64,000 nt of DNA, taken from the NCBI RefSeq assembly GCF_020745735.1, contig NC_083439.1, positions 13,096,596 to 13,160,595 on the forward strand, given 5' to 3'. Positions 52,233 to 62,510 of this stretch are shown here, in pieces. Position 1 is the first letter of the stretch; the number at the start of each line of letters is the position of its first letter. Both the position numbers and the translations under genes were made by a program. The notes beneath the pieces were generated by a model, which saw only the letters and a program-made list of their open reading frames with translations, searched no databases and was not told the DNA's origin. The stretch comes from Hemiscyllium ocellatum. Lineage: Eukaryota.

Positions 52233-53180
52233 TCCTGCCAGGAGTTGAAAAGGAAATGTTCGTGTCTTCCTCGCTTCACTCGTAAAAACGTCCCCTCAAT
52301 AGCTCAGACATTCAGTCTGTGTTTCATGTTGATTTTTGCTGCAATTATTGATTTACAACTTCCCCAAACCCGCATCGATATACTTACAGTATCTTTCTGT
52401 ACATGTTCCTCTCCGTAATTAAAACAAAGGGGAGGGACAGTGGCCAAATGGTTAGCACTCCATTCCCACCTAGGGCACTTGTCTATGCAGAATTTGCACA
52501 TTCTCCCTGTGTCTACGTGTGTTTCCTCCCACAATCCAAAGATGTACAGACCAGGCCAGGTGAATTGGACATGCTAAATTGTCCATAGTATTAGCTGCAT
52601 TAGTCAGGAGTAAACACTCTATAGGGTAGCTGAATGGTTCTGGGTGGGTTACTCTTCAGAGGGTTGGTGGGGACTTGTTGTGTTGAAGGGCCTGTTTCCA
52701 CACTGTAGGGATTCTAATTCTAAATTCTTACAATGTGGACTGAGAAAGGAAATGGGCGAGGGCAAGGTGAGAGTCAAGAATGTGGTGCTGGAAAAGCACA
52801 GCAGGTCAAGCAGCATCCAAGGAGCAGGGGAGTTGACATTTAAAAGCCTTTAATCAGAAAGGAACCTCCTGCCAGAAGTTTAAAAGGAAATGATTGTATC
52901 TTCCTCGCTTCACTTGTTAAAAATTTTCCCTCAGTAGCTCAGATATTCAATATGTGTTTCATGTTGGATTTTGTGGCAAATATTAATTTACTACTTCCCC
53001 AAATCCATACCTATATATTAACATTATCTTTCAATGTGGACTGAGAAAGGAAATGTGAGGACTGCAGTTGCTGGAGGTGAGAGTTGAGAGTGTGGCGCTG
53101 GAAACGCACAGCAGGTCAGGCAGCATCCAAGGAGCAGGAGAGTCTCCATTTCAGACAAAAGCTCTTCATCAGAAAGGAAA
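52233..53180. repeat. Diverged ~315-bp tandem duplication (copy 1 52233-52864 split by a HE1 SINE at ~52430-52725; copy 2 52866-53180)
   Basis: ctcctgccag..tcttcctcgcttcact..tatctttc and caatgtggactgagaaaggaaatg..atcagaaaggaa each present twice. Confidence 0.85.
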
Positions 53181-53572
53181 TGGATTGGTTTCAAAACAAA
53201 GGATCGCAGGCAAGATTACTGCACTTTTTAATAGCAAGTTTAATAGCTACTCTTTATAAATGCTGAATAAACTGCTTTTTGTTCAAGCAGTGGCCAGAGG
53301 AGTACTAAGATAGCGGTAAAGCCCCCATGAGACCAGACCATGCGGTTGTTTTTTCATTTGAAAGAGATGGCTGATGGTTGTTTAACTTCAGGTGAGGGGA
53401 GAGTCTCTCACAGTAACCTCAGCCAGTGCAGGAATTGAATCCATGTTGTTGGTGTTACTCTGCAACACAAACCAGCCAATGCAAGCAACAGAGTAAACCA
53501 ACTCTCTGTGCCATGACAGATTGGTCATGCATGCTTAGTTAATTGATCTGAAAAGTGATGACTAATTATCGA

Positions 53573-53723
53573 TGACCTGCTGCGCTTTTCCAGTAACACA
53601 TTTTTCAACTCTGATCTCCAGCATCTGCAGTCCTCACTTTCTCCTCGATCTCCACAGGAGCCAAGTGGGCCTACAGTCAAATTCCAAATCAAGACAAGTT
53701 AAAATGATGGCTAGGTATGAACA
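53573..53723 (-). repeat. Inverted duplicate of 51668-51818
   Basis: Reverse complement including one arm of the mini-element, its TSD and ~60 bp of flank. Confidence 0.9.
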
Positions 53724-53769
53724 GAGCGGGAATCTCTCTCTCTCCTCAAACTACTGCCGAAGCCTGAAG

Positions 53770-54430
53770 CAAATGCAAAACATGCATTGATAGGTGTGGT
53801 TCCGAGTGAAGTGGGCTGTGGCCAGATATGTCAGGGGTCAGAGGAGAGATTATGAAAAGAAATTGGACAAAGTTGGGTGTTTTACCTGGATGAGCTGAGG
53901 GTGAAAAGGGGGACATGACTGAGGTGCGTCAAATTATGTGGGGCATAGCCGAAGGTAGACATGAAGGAGATTTTCCCCTTGATGAAGATGGCGCCATCTA
54001 TAGTCTTTCCTTGCCAGCTCCTGAGTGCAGATCTAAATTTCCTATTTTCTACAATCGTTCTACACTCTTTAAACTTAATCGCATACTTTTAAATAATTAC
54101 TAATAACTATGTTTTATACTGAATGGACTCACAAACTTTTAATATTCGCCTGTACCTGTGTGTTTGTTTTTGTCGCTGTTTACCTTATTATTTATAAATC
54201 TGTGCTACTCATCTGTGTGATCTGCCTGCACTGATCACAGGACAAAGCTTTTCACTGTGCATCGGTACATGTGACAATAAATTCAATTCAATTCGATTCA
54301 ATTCAGTTGAGGGGATGGGCTTCATAGGTTTAAGGTAAGGAGAAGAGGAAAAAGAAATACCCAGAGGCTGGTAGGAACCTGGAACTCTCTGCCTGTAAAG
54401 TTAAGATACAAAAACCCTCATAACATTTAA
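53770..54430 (+). mobile_element. CR1 3' relic with nested Rex1-like LINE tail (~53985-54306)
   Basis: ttttcactgtgcatcggtacatgtgacaataaa followed by (ATTCA)n. Confidence 0.6.
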
Positions 54431-54499
54431 GCAGGTGAAGGAGCCAGTGTTGGGCTGGGGTGGACAAAGTTAAAAGCACAAAACACCAGGTTATAGGTT

Positions 54500-54960
54500 C
54501 GGTGTGGACTAGTTGGACCGAGGGGCCTGTTTCCACACTGTAGGGAATCTAATTTAATTTTCCAGCATTTGACCCATTGTCTTGGCAAGTGTACAACTAA
54601 CTACTGTTTAAATGTTAAAAATCACACAACGCCAGGTTATAGTCCAACAGGTTTATTTGGAAACACTAGCTTTCGGAGCACTGCTCTTCATCAGGTAGTT
54701 GTGAGGTATAAGATGATAAGATAAAGAATTTATAGCAAAAGATTACAGTGTCATGCAACTGAAGTGACCATATGCACCACAACCACCTGAGGAGTAGCGC
54801 TCCGAAAGCTAGTGCTTCCAAATAAACCTGTTGGACTATAACCTGGTGTTTTGTGATTTTTAACATTTAAGCAGTACACTTGCCAAGGCAATGGGTCAAA
54901 TGCAGGAAAATTAAATTGGATTCCCTACAGTGTGGGGACAAGTCCTTCAGCCCAACCCAA
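54500..54960. mobile_element. Penelope family B inverted pseudo-LTR pair whose arms extend into flanking DNA and SINE tail
   Basis: ~54533-54700 is the reverse complement of ~54780-54936; hammerhead motif on minus strand at 54669-54695. Confidence 0.85.
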
Positions 54961-55206
54961 CCCTCCGAAGAGTAACCCACCCAGACCCATTTCCCTCTGA
55001 CTAATGCACCTAACACTATGGGCAATTTAGCATGCCCAGTTCACCTGACCAGCACATCTTTGCATTGTGGGAGGAAACCAGAGCTCCCAGAGGAAACCCA
55101 TGCAGAACATGCAAACTCCACACAGACAGTTGCCCGAGGCTGGAATCAAACATGTGGCCCTGATGTGTGAGGCTGCAGTACTAACCACTGAGCTGCCATG
55201 CCACCC
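54915..55206 (-). mobile_element. HE1-type SINE
   Basis: Same family as 9098-9408. Confidence 0.85.
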
Positions 55207-55636
55207 AGGTGTTTTTTTTAAACCAACACAGATTTGATAAACTGTTGAACTCTTTGATTCTAAAGTTACTTGGTTTTGCATAAAGCTGATCTCACTAATT
55301 AAATCTGTTTATCATTAAACTTATTTTGAGATTAATGTGTGCTTGCAAGTTTTAATCAATTTTCCACAGGCTTTCTTTTACAGTTTGTTTTTGCAGAATG
55401 TTGTCAGCTACTGTTTGAAGTCTCATTAGGCTTCAGCTAACAGGTGTTTTTGCAAGATTATACCATTAATCCCAGATATCAAACAGTCCCTAAGCATCTC
55501 ATTAAGGGTTAAACAAGCCTCAGCCAGCCATCTTCACCTCGCCAAAAATCCCAATAGAGGTTCCCATAATTCTTGAATTGCTGAGTAAAATCTATAACAT
55601 TTCAGAATTGGAAGAAACTTGAGGTCATTCCTAAAC

Positions 55637-55765
55637 TATGATTTGGAGATGCCGGTGTTGGACTGGGGTGTACAAAGTTAAAAATCACACAGCACCAGGT
55701 TATAGCCCAACAGGTTTAATTGGAAGCACTCAATTTCAGAGCACTGCTCCTTCATCAGATGGTTC
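55637..55765 (-). mobile_element. Penelope family B pseudo-LTR
   Basis: Near-identical to 58770-58897. Confidence 0.85.
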
Positions 55766-56276
55766 CTCAACTACGTCTGTCAATTCTTGAAAGGTTTTGG
55801 TATCTGGTGCCTCCAGCAGTCAGGCTCCTGATGACAGAAAATACTGCAGCTCCGCAGACTGTCAGGAGAACTAGACATTGATTTTCATCCGTCACAATGT
55901 CAATTACCCAGAAAAAAAACCACATTCTTTCTGGATATGTTAACTGGTGCTCCAAGGCAGAATTTAACAAGTCAAGCTTCCCACACCTAGGCATGATGCA
56001 AGAAGTGCTTACCCCAGCTCAAATACAACTGGTGTGAGCAAGTTTCTTCAAGATTTTGCTTTATTTTCACCATTACTGAAATAACTCCACAGAAGCTCTT
56101 TGAAATAGTCCTTGATTTTAGTCCTGCCTCTTCACAGTCAGCTCTCTGAGTATCAGTATCTCTGTCACTCCCCTTTTTATCTTTCAGACAGGGTTCCGCA
56201 ATTTGACCAGACTAAGAGCCTCAAACAGGGAGCTCATGTTGTAAGAGGTCCAGCTAGTTGATCTCATCACAATCAC

Positions 56277-56481
56277 CGAGTAAAAAGTGAGGTCTGCAGA
56301 TGCTGGAGATCAGAGCTGAAAATGTGTTGCTGGTTAAAGCACAGCAGGTTAGGCAGCATCCAAGGAACAGGAAATTCGACGTTTCAGGCCAGAGCCCTTG
56401 GGCTCTGGCCCGAAACATTGAATTTCCTGTTCCTTGAATGCTGCCTAACCTGCTGTGCTTTAACCAGCAACACATTTTCAG
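56277..56481. mobile_element. Penelope family A fold-back mini-element with 14-bp TSD
   Basis: ~85-bp arms centred on agagcccttgggctct (~56398); ctcatcacaatcac at 56263-56276 and 56482-56495. Confidence 0.9.
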
Positions 56482-56629
56482 CTCATCACAATCACTACAA
56501 TCTCCAGTGTTCAGGAGCAGCCTTTGGCCATCTGAAGAACAAAGTGTTTCATAACAAAGACTTTGAATCCAGTACTAAGCTCATGGTCTGGAGGGCTGTG
56601 TTGGTACCTGCCTTTATTTGGGCCTTTGT

Positions 56630-59600
56630 CCTGTCTGGGAGCAGCAGGAGATAGAGCGAAGGTGACGCCGGAACTCAGAGGTTGCTGGGAAGGTAAGGAC
56701 TTAGTATATATTCTTACCTTTGAAGCGATCTTTTACTTGTCCGGGAGTAGTGGGAGGAAGAGCAGAGGTGATGTTGGAGACCAGGAGGTTGCCGGGAAGG
56801 TAAGGACTTAATATATATCTGTGCAGCAGCTAAACCTGAGATACTACATGTTTAGTATTTCCTACCACCTCCCCCCACCCACCCCCCCACCCCCAACCAG
56901 AAGAAAAGAACTCTGGTAAAGTTTTTTCTTTCATATATCTAAGTGCATTGTTTGGTTTTATTTAGTTGATATCAAGCTAAGGCTTACATTGACAGGAGAC
57001 CTCAGACCCATGGCATGTGCCTCTTGCTTGACGTCAACCACATCCCTGACTTGTAAGAAGTGTGTCCAGCTGCAGCTCTTGTTTGACCACATGACGACTC
57101 TGGAGCTGCAGAGTCAGAGGTCTGGATGGGTCAGAATTTGTAAGAAACATCCAAGAGAGTTTTCAAGAGCAATATGTCGATAGTCCAATGAAGGAAGGGG
57201 CCATATTGGACCTGGTGTTTGGGAATGAGCCAGGCCAGGTGGTAGAAGTTGCAGTGGGGGATTTCTTTGGGAATAGTGACCACAATTCTGTAAGTTTTAG
57301 AATATTTGTAGACAAAGATGAGAGTGGTCCTAAGAGAAGAGTACTAAACTGGGCCAAAGCCAAATTATATCAAAATTCGGCAGGACCTGGGAAATGGGGA
57401 TTGGGGGCAGCTAAGTCCACATTTGATGTGTGGGAGGCTTTCAAAGATAGGTTGAATATAGTGGAGGATAGGCATGTCCCTTTGAAAATAAGGGATAGGA
57501 AAGGCAAGATTCATGAACCGTGGATGACAGGAGAAATTGTACGATTAGTCAAGAGGAAAAGAGAAGTGTACATAAGGTCCAGGCAGCTAAGAACAGAATG
57601 GGCCTTGGAGGAATATTGGGAGAGTAGGACCAATCTTAAATGAGGAACCAAGTGGGCTAAAAGGGGTCATAAAATAACTTTAGTGAGCAGAATTAAGGAG
57701 ACTCCCAAGGCCTTGTATTCATATATAAGAAGCAAGAGGGTAATTAGAGAAAGGGTTGGTCCACTAAAGAAGGAAGGATGTGTGGAGAACCTGAGAAAAT
57801 GGGTGAGATTCTCGATAATTACTTTGCATCAGTGTTACATGAGGAGAGGGATTTGATGACTGTTGAGATAAGTGATAGATGTTTGTTTACTGTGGATCAT
57901 GTTGACCTAAGGAGGGAAGATTGGTTGGGTAGGCTAAAGAATATTAAGGTGGACAAATCCCCAGGACCCGATGGAATCTATCCCAGGTTGCTGAGGGAGG
58001 CAAGAGAGGAAATAGCTGGGGCCCTGATAAATATCTTTGGAGCATCCTTAAACACAGGTGAAGTGCCATAGGACTGGAGGGTTGCTAATGTATTCCCCCT
58101 GTCCAAGAAGGGCAGTAGGGATATTCCAGGTAACTACAGACCAGTGAGCCTGACTTCAGTGGTGGGAAAGTTGCCGGAGAAGGTACTGAGGGATAAAATC
58201 TATTTATATTTTGAAAAGAATGGGCATAACAGTGATAGGCAACATGGTTTTGTGTGGGGGATACTGTACCTTACCAACTTAATAGAATTCTTCGAGGAAG
58301 TGGCCAAGTTAGTATATGAAGGAAAGACTGTTGATGTCATATACCTGGACTTTAGTAAGGCGTTTGATAAGATTCCCCATGGTAAACCAATGGAGAAAGT
58401 GAAGTCACATGGTGTGCAGAATGTTCTAGCTAGGTGGATAGAGAACTGGTTGATAAACAGAAGACAGAGAGTAGTAGTTGAAGGAAGTTTCTCGAAATGG
58501 AGAAAGGTGACCAGTGGTGTTCCACAGGGATTAGTGCTGGGGCCACTGTTGTTTGTAATATACAAAATGATTTGGAGGAGGGCATTGGTGGACTGATCAG
58601 TAAGTTTGCAGATGACATGAAGATTGTCAAAGATTGCAAAAAACACAGGGGATTGTCAAAGAAAACAGGAGAATATAGATAGACTGGAGAGTTGGATGGA
58701 GAAGTGGTAGATGGAGTTCAATCCAGGTAGGTGTAAGGTGATGCATTTTAGGAAGTCTAATTCTAGTGTTATGATTTGGAGGTGCCGGTGTTATACTGGG
58801 GTGTACAAAGTTAAAAATCACACAACACCAGGTTATAGTCCAACAGGTTTAATTGGAAGCACACTAGCTTTCAGAGCGCCGCTCCTTCATCAGGTGATTG
58901 TGGAGGAAACAATTCTAAGGCACAGAATTTATAGCAAAAATTTACAGTGTGATGTAACTGAAATTATACATTGAAAAATATCCTGTTTGTCTGTTGAGTC
59001 TTTCATCTGTTCAAATACCATGATAGTTTCACTTCTTTCATGTGTAAATAACAAGACCTTTTTTTAAAAGTTGCATTCTCAGGTTAGCTGTAACAATGGG
59101 TGTTAGCTAGACAATATGGTGGAAGTGTTAGCCCCCGTGTTCTCTGTCTACGCCATGATGTTTAGATTTATTCTAATCTAAAAAGTGAGATAACAGAGTT
59201 TTACATGAATTCATGCAGTTTTTGAGCAAATTACAATGTAACTCTGCAAGTACAAATTCACCTCACAAGATATATATGTACATTTGGGTCTATGTCTGTC
59301 TGTGTATCTGTCTGTCTGGGTTGGGAGTTGTGAATGTGAGAGAGAATGTACGTGTGTGTAGTGAGTGTAGAGTGTCTTAAGTCTGGAAAGGCTGCATGTG
59401 TGAGTGTGGGAGAGTGTGTGCATGTTTGGGGTGGGGGATTGTGAGTGTCTGTGAGAGAGAGTGTATATGTGTGTGCATGAATGTAGAGTGGTCTAAGTGT
59501 CTGAGAGGATGCTTGTGTGAGTGTGGAAGTGTGTGTGTCTGTAAGAGTGTGTGTGAGTGTCTGTGTGCGTGTCTGTGTGTGTGTGTGTGTCTGTGTGTGT

Positions 59601-60745
59601 ATAGTGCAATGGTGGTCACCTGTAATGTGACATGAACCCAAGGTCCCGGTTGAGGCCCTCCCTATGAGTACTGAACTTAGCTATCAACTTCTGCTCGGCC
59701 ACTTTTCGCTGCTGCCTGTCCTGAAGTCTGCCTTGGAGGATGGTCACCTGAAGGTCCGAGGTCGAATTCCTGGACCACTGAAGTGTTCCCCAACTGGGAG
59801 GGAACACTCCTGTCTGTTGATTGTTGTGCGGTGCCCATTCATCCGTTGTTGTAGCCTTTGCTCGGTTTCCCCAATGTACCATGCCTCAGGACATCCTTGC
59901 CTGCAATGTATAAGATAGACAACGTTGGCTGAGTCACATGAGTACCTGCCATGTACAAGGTGGGAGGTGTTCCCACGTGTAAAGGTGGTATCCATGCTCA
60001 CACTCTGACATGTCTTGCAGTGCCTACCATGACAGGGTTGTATGGAGTTGTCCTGTGAGCCGGGCAGCTTGTATATGGCAGGTATTCATGTGACTGGTGG
60101 ATAGAGTGGTCAAGAAGACATATGGTATGCTTGCCTTAATTGGATGGGGTATTGAGTGTAAGAGCTGGCAAGTCATGTTAAAATTGGGCAAGATTTCGAT
60201 TCGGCCGCATTTAGAATACTGTATACAGTTCTGGTTGCCACAATACCAAAAAGATGTGGATGCTTTGGAGAGGGTGCAGAGCAGGTTCAAGAGATGTTGC
60301 CTGGTATGGAAGGTGCTAGCTATGAAGAGAGGTGGAGTAGGTTAGGATTGTTTTCATTAGAAAAAAGGAGATTGAGGGGCGATCTGATTGAGGTTTACAA
60401 AATCATGGAGGGTAGAGACAGGGCGGATAGAGATAGGCTTTTTCCCAGGGTGAAGGATTCAATAATGAGAGGTCATGTGTTCAAGGTGAGAGGTGAAAAG
60501 TTTAAGGGGGATACACGCGGAAAGTACTTCACTCAGAGGGTGATAGGTGCCTGGATCGTGTTGCCAACAGAGGTGGTAGAGACAGGCACAGTAGATTCAT
60601 TTAAGGTGCATCTAGACAGATGCTTGAGTAGGTGGTGAGCAGAGGGATATAGATGCTTAGGAATTGGGCGACAGGTTTAGACAGTAGATTTGGATTGGCT
60701 CAGGCTTAGAGGGCCCGTGGGCTGTAAATTTTCTTTGTTTCTCAT
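56630..60745 (+). mobile_element. CR1 LINE retaining its 5' end, internally deleted, interrupted by Penelope; same subfamily as 23084-26335
   Basis: 5' tandem ~107-bp units, CASC..CKKCVQLQLL ORF1 start, MKEGAILDLVFGNEPGQ, VPQGLVLGP, RGKYFTQRV; tail ctgtaaattttctttg. Confidence 0.92.
58770..60075 (-). mobile_element. Penelope-like element 3' part: GIY-YIG endonuclease, CA-rich microsatellite, family B pseudo-LTR
   Basis: YSCDSANVVYLIHC..YIGET..RMNGHR..VGEHF and RKVAEQKLIAKF..GLNRDLGFMSHY; (TG)-rich 59290-59600; ctgatgaaggagcggcgctctgaaagct on minus strand. Confidence 0.92.
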
Positions 60746-61819
60746 TCTTAGAGACCTGGACAATGTGCAGAAGAATTTTAAATTCCGAGAGAAATACTCT
60801 TGCAAATCCAATGGCAGAATAGACTCAAGTCAGTGTCCTCTTTTTTTATGTCTTGAAGTCTTCCAACATATTGTCTGCCTTTCCAGGACCCCACCCTCCC
60901 ATTTATTCAAATACACCTTCAGTGATATCTGAGGTGCTACCCTGCTTCTAGAGTCCTCTTTATTCAGTTGTGCCCCTTTGACCCTATTTTAACATTACTT
61001 TCAGTTTTTCAAGTTTTCTTCCCCAGCTCCTGCTACCTAAACATTGTCCCTTATCCCTAAATAAGGCTTTCCCAATTGTAATGTATTGCAACATTCATTT
61101 ATTTATATCTGTATATAGCGTGTTCTCAACTTCAGCTCTCTAGTGTTCTCCAACATGCTTATTCTACACTTATGTCTTCTCCTTTACTGATGTGAGTCTT
61201 ATTTTACTATCAAGGTTTGCATGAAACCAAAATGTTGCACATACTTCTATTATTTTTTCCCCTTTCAATAAATTACAACATTACACTCACTTTCCTAATC
61301 ACTTACAGTCCTAACCTAGTAACCTTTTGTGATTTATGCATCAGGAACCTCAGAACTCCAGTTCCGAAATTGCCCACATTACGCTCCATCCACTAAATTT
61401 TTGCATGCTCAGATAATAAATACTAATAAGCTTTACAACTGCAAGTAACTTTACAATTACCAATATCACTTACAGTTGTTAAAAAAAGGTTCAAAAAATA
61501 AACAAGTATAATACTCGCTAACAAATTTTTATCTTTTACTGTGACATGATAATTTGATTTTTTGCAGCGTGCAGGTATTTCAAAGACTGAGTGCCCTGCT
61601 CTTCTAGACAGGTCTGCGTGCTCCGTCCACGTTTAAATTGAAAGTATAGGTCACTACTTCAGTGAATGGCACCTCTTCCCTCACTGCAATGAAATTTGTC
61701 GTTCATCAAATTGCCAATCCTATAATCTGTGTCCAGCCGTAATTGGTGATGAGCAGTTACACTTTATTGCAAGGTGGTTACAGTGAGTGAAGAAGGCTTG
61801 CAATATTAATAATAGACTT

Positions 61820-61975
61820 TGGAGATGTGCAAAAATGTGCAGGTTAGCTGGATTGGCCATGGTAAATACAGGGTTCCAGTACAGAATTGGGCTTCTGGGT
61901 CTGGATGGCATTCTGATTGGAGGGTCGATGTGGTCCGAATGGGCCAAATGACCTCTTTCCACACTGAAGAGATTC
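61820..61975 (+). mobile_element. HE1-type SINE 3' fragment
   Basis: atgtgcaggttagctggattggccatg..tttccacactg. Confidence 0.75.
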
Positions 61976-61989
61976 AATAATCATTCCGT

Positions 61990-62420
61990 GAGAACAGTTT
62001 TGGGCTCCCTACCTAATTAATGATTGAATTGCCTTAGGCAGAGTTGAACAAAGTTTCACAAGGTTGATTCCTGAGTTCAGAGATTTGACTCATCAGTTAA
62101 CAGCTGACCAGAAGAGCATTATATTTCACCTGAAGTTGGAAAGCTAATCTCATTGCGAATATGACATTCTTCGAGGGTTCGCTGGGGAGGAAACTGAGAG
62201 GCTGTTTCCCCACTAGAGAGTCCACAACCCACGGTCATATTAGAAAAAGGATAAAATTCTTCAGAGTGGTATAAATCTCCAGAATTGTCTGCTGTAGAGG
62301 ACTGTGTAAATTCAAGAATGACATCAGTATATTTGGGGCACTAAGGGAATTTGGGGAAGGGAAATTTGAGGTAATTCAGCATTAAGGAAACATAGTAGGA
62401 CCTCATATTGGTCTAAACAT
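61990..62420 (+). mobile_element. Ancient CR1 3' relic upstream of the gene 3 acceptor
   Basis: cagttttgggctccctaccta, ttcacaaggttgattcctgag, gaggctgtttcccc, aattcttcagagtggtataaatc. Confidence 0.6.
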
Positions 62421-62470
62421 ATTCTTATTTTATTATTGCACAGAATCTTATGTTATAACAACATTTCTTT

Positions 62471-62490
62471 TCAATTATCCAACAGGATCC
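62471..62490 (+). promoter_or_regulatory. Splice acceptor of UGT gene 3 coding exon (exon starts 62486)
   Basis: tcaattatccaacag/GATCC. Confidence 0.85.
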
Positions 62491-62510
62491 AGATGCTATT
62501 TGCTCACAAT

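Noticed and set aside
52233-53180. Retrozyme-like tandem hammerhead array
   Set aside because: The hammerhead element in the unit has its own TSD (agaaaggaaatg) and a decayed core; better explained as insertion followed by local duplication.
59258-59641. His/Thr-rich and Cys/Val-rich ORFs
   Set aside because: Translations of a CA/TG microsatellite inside a Penelope element.
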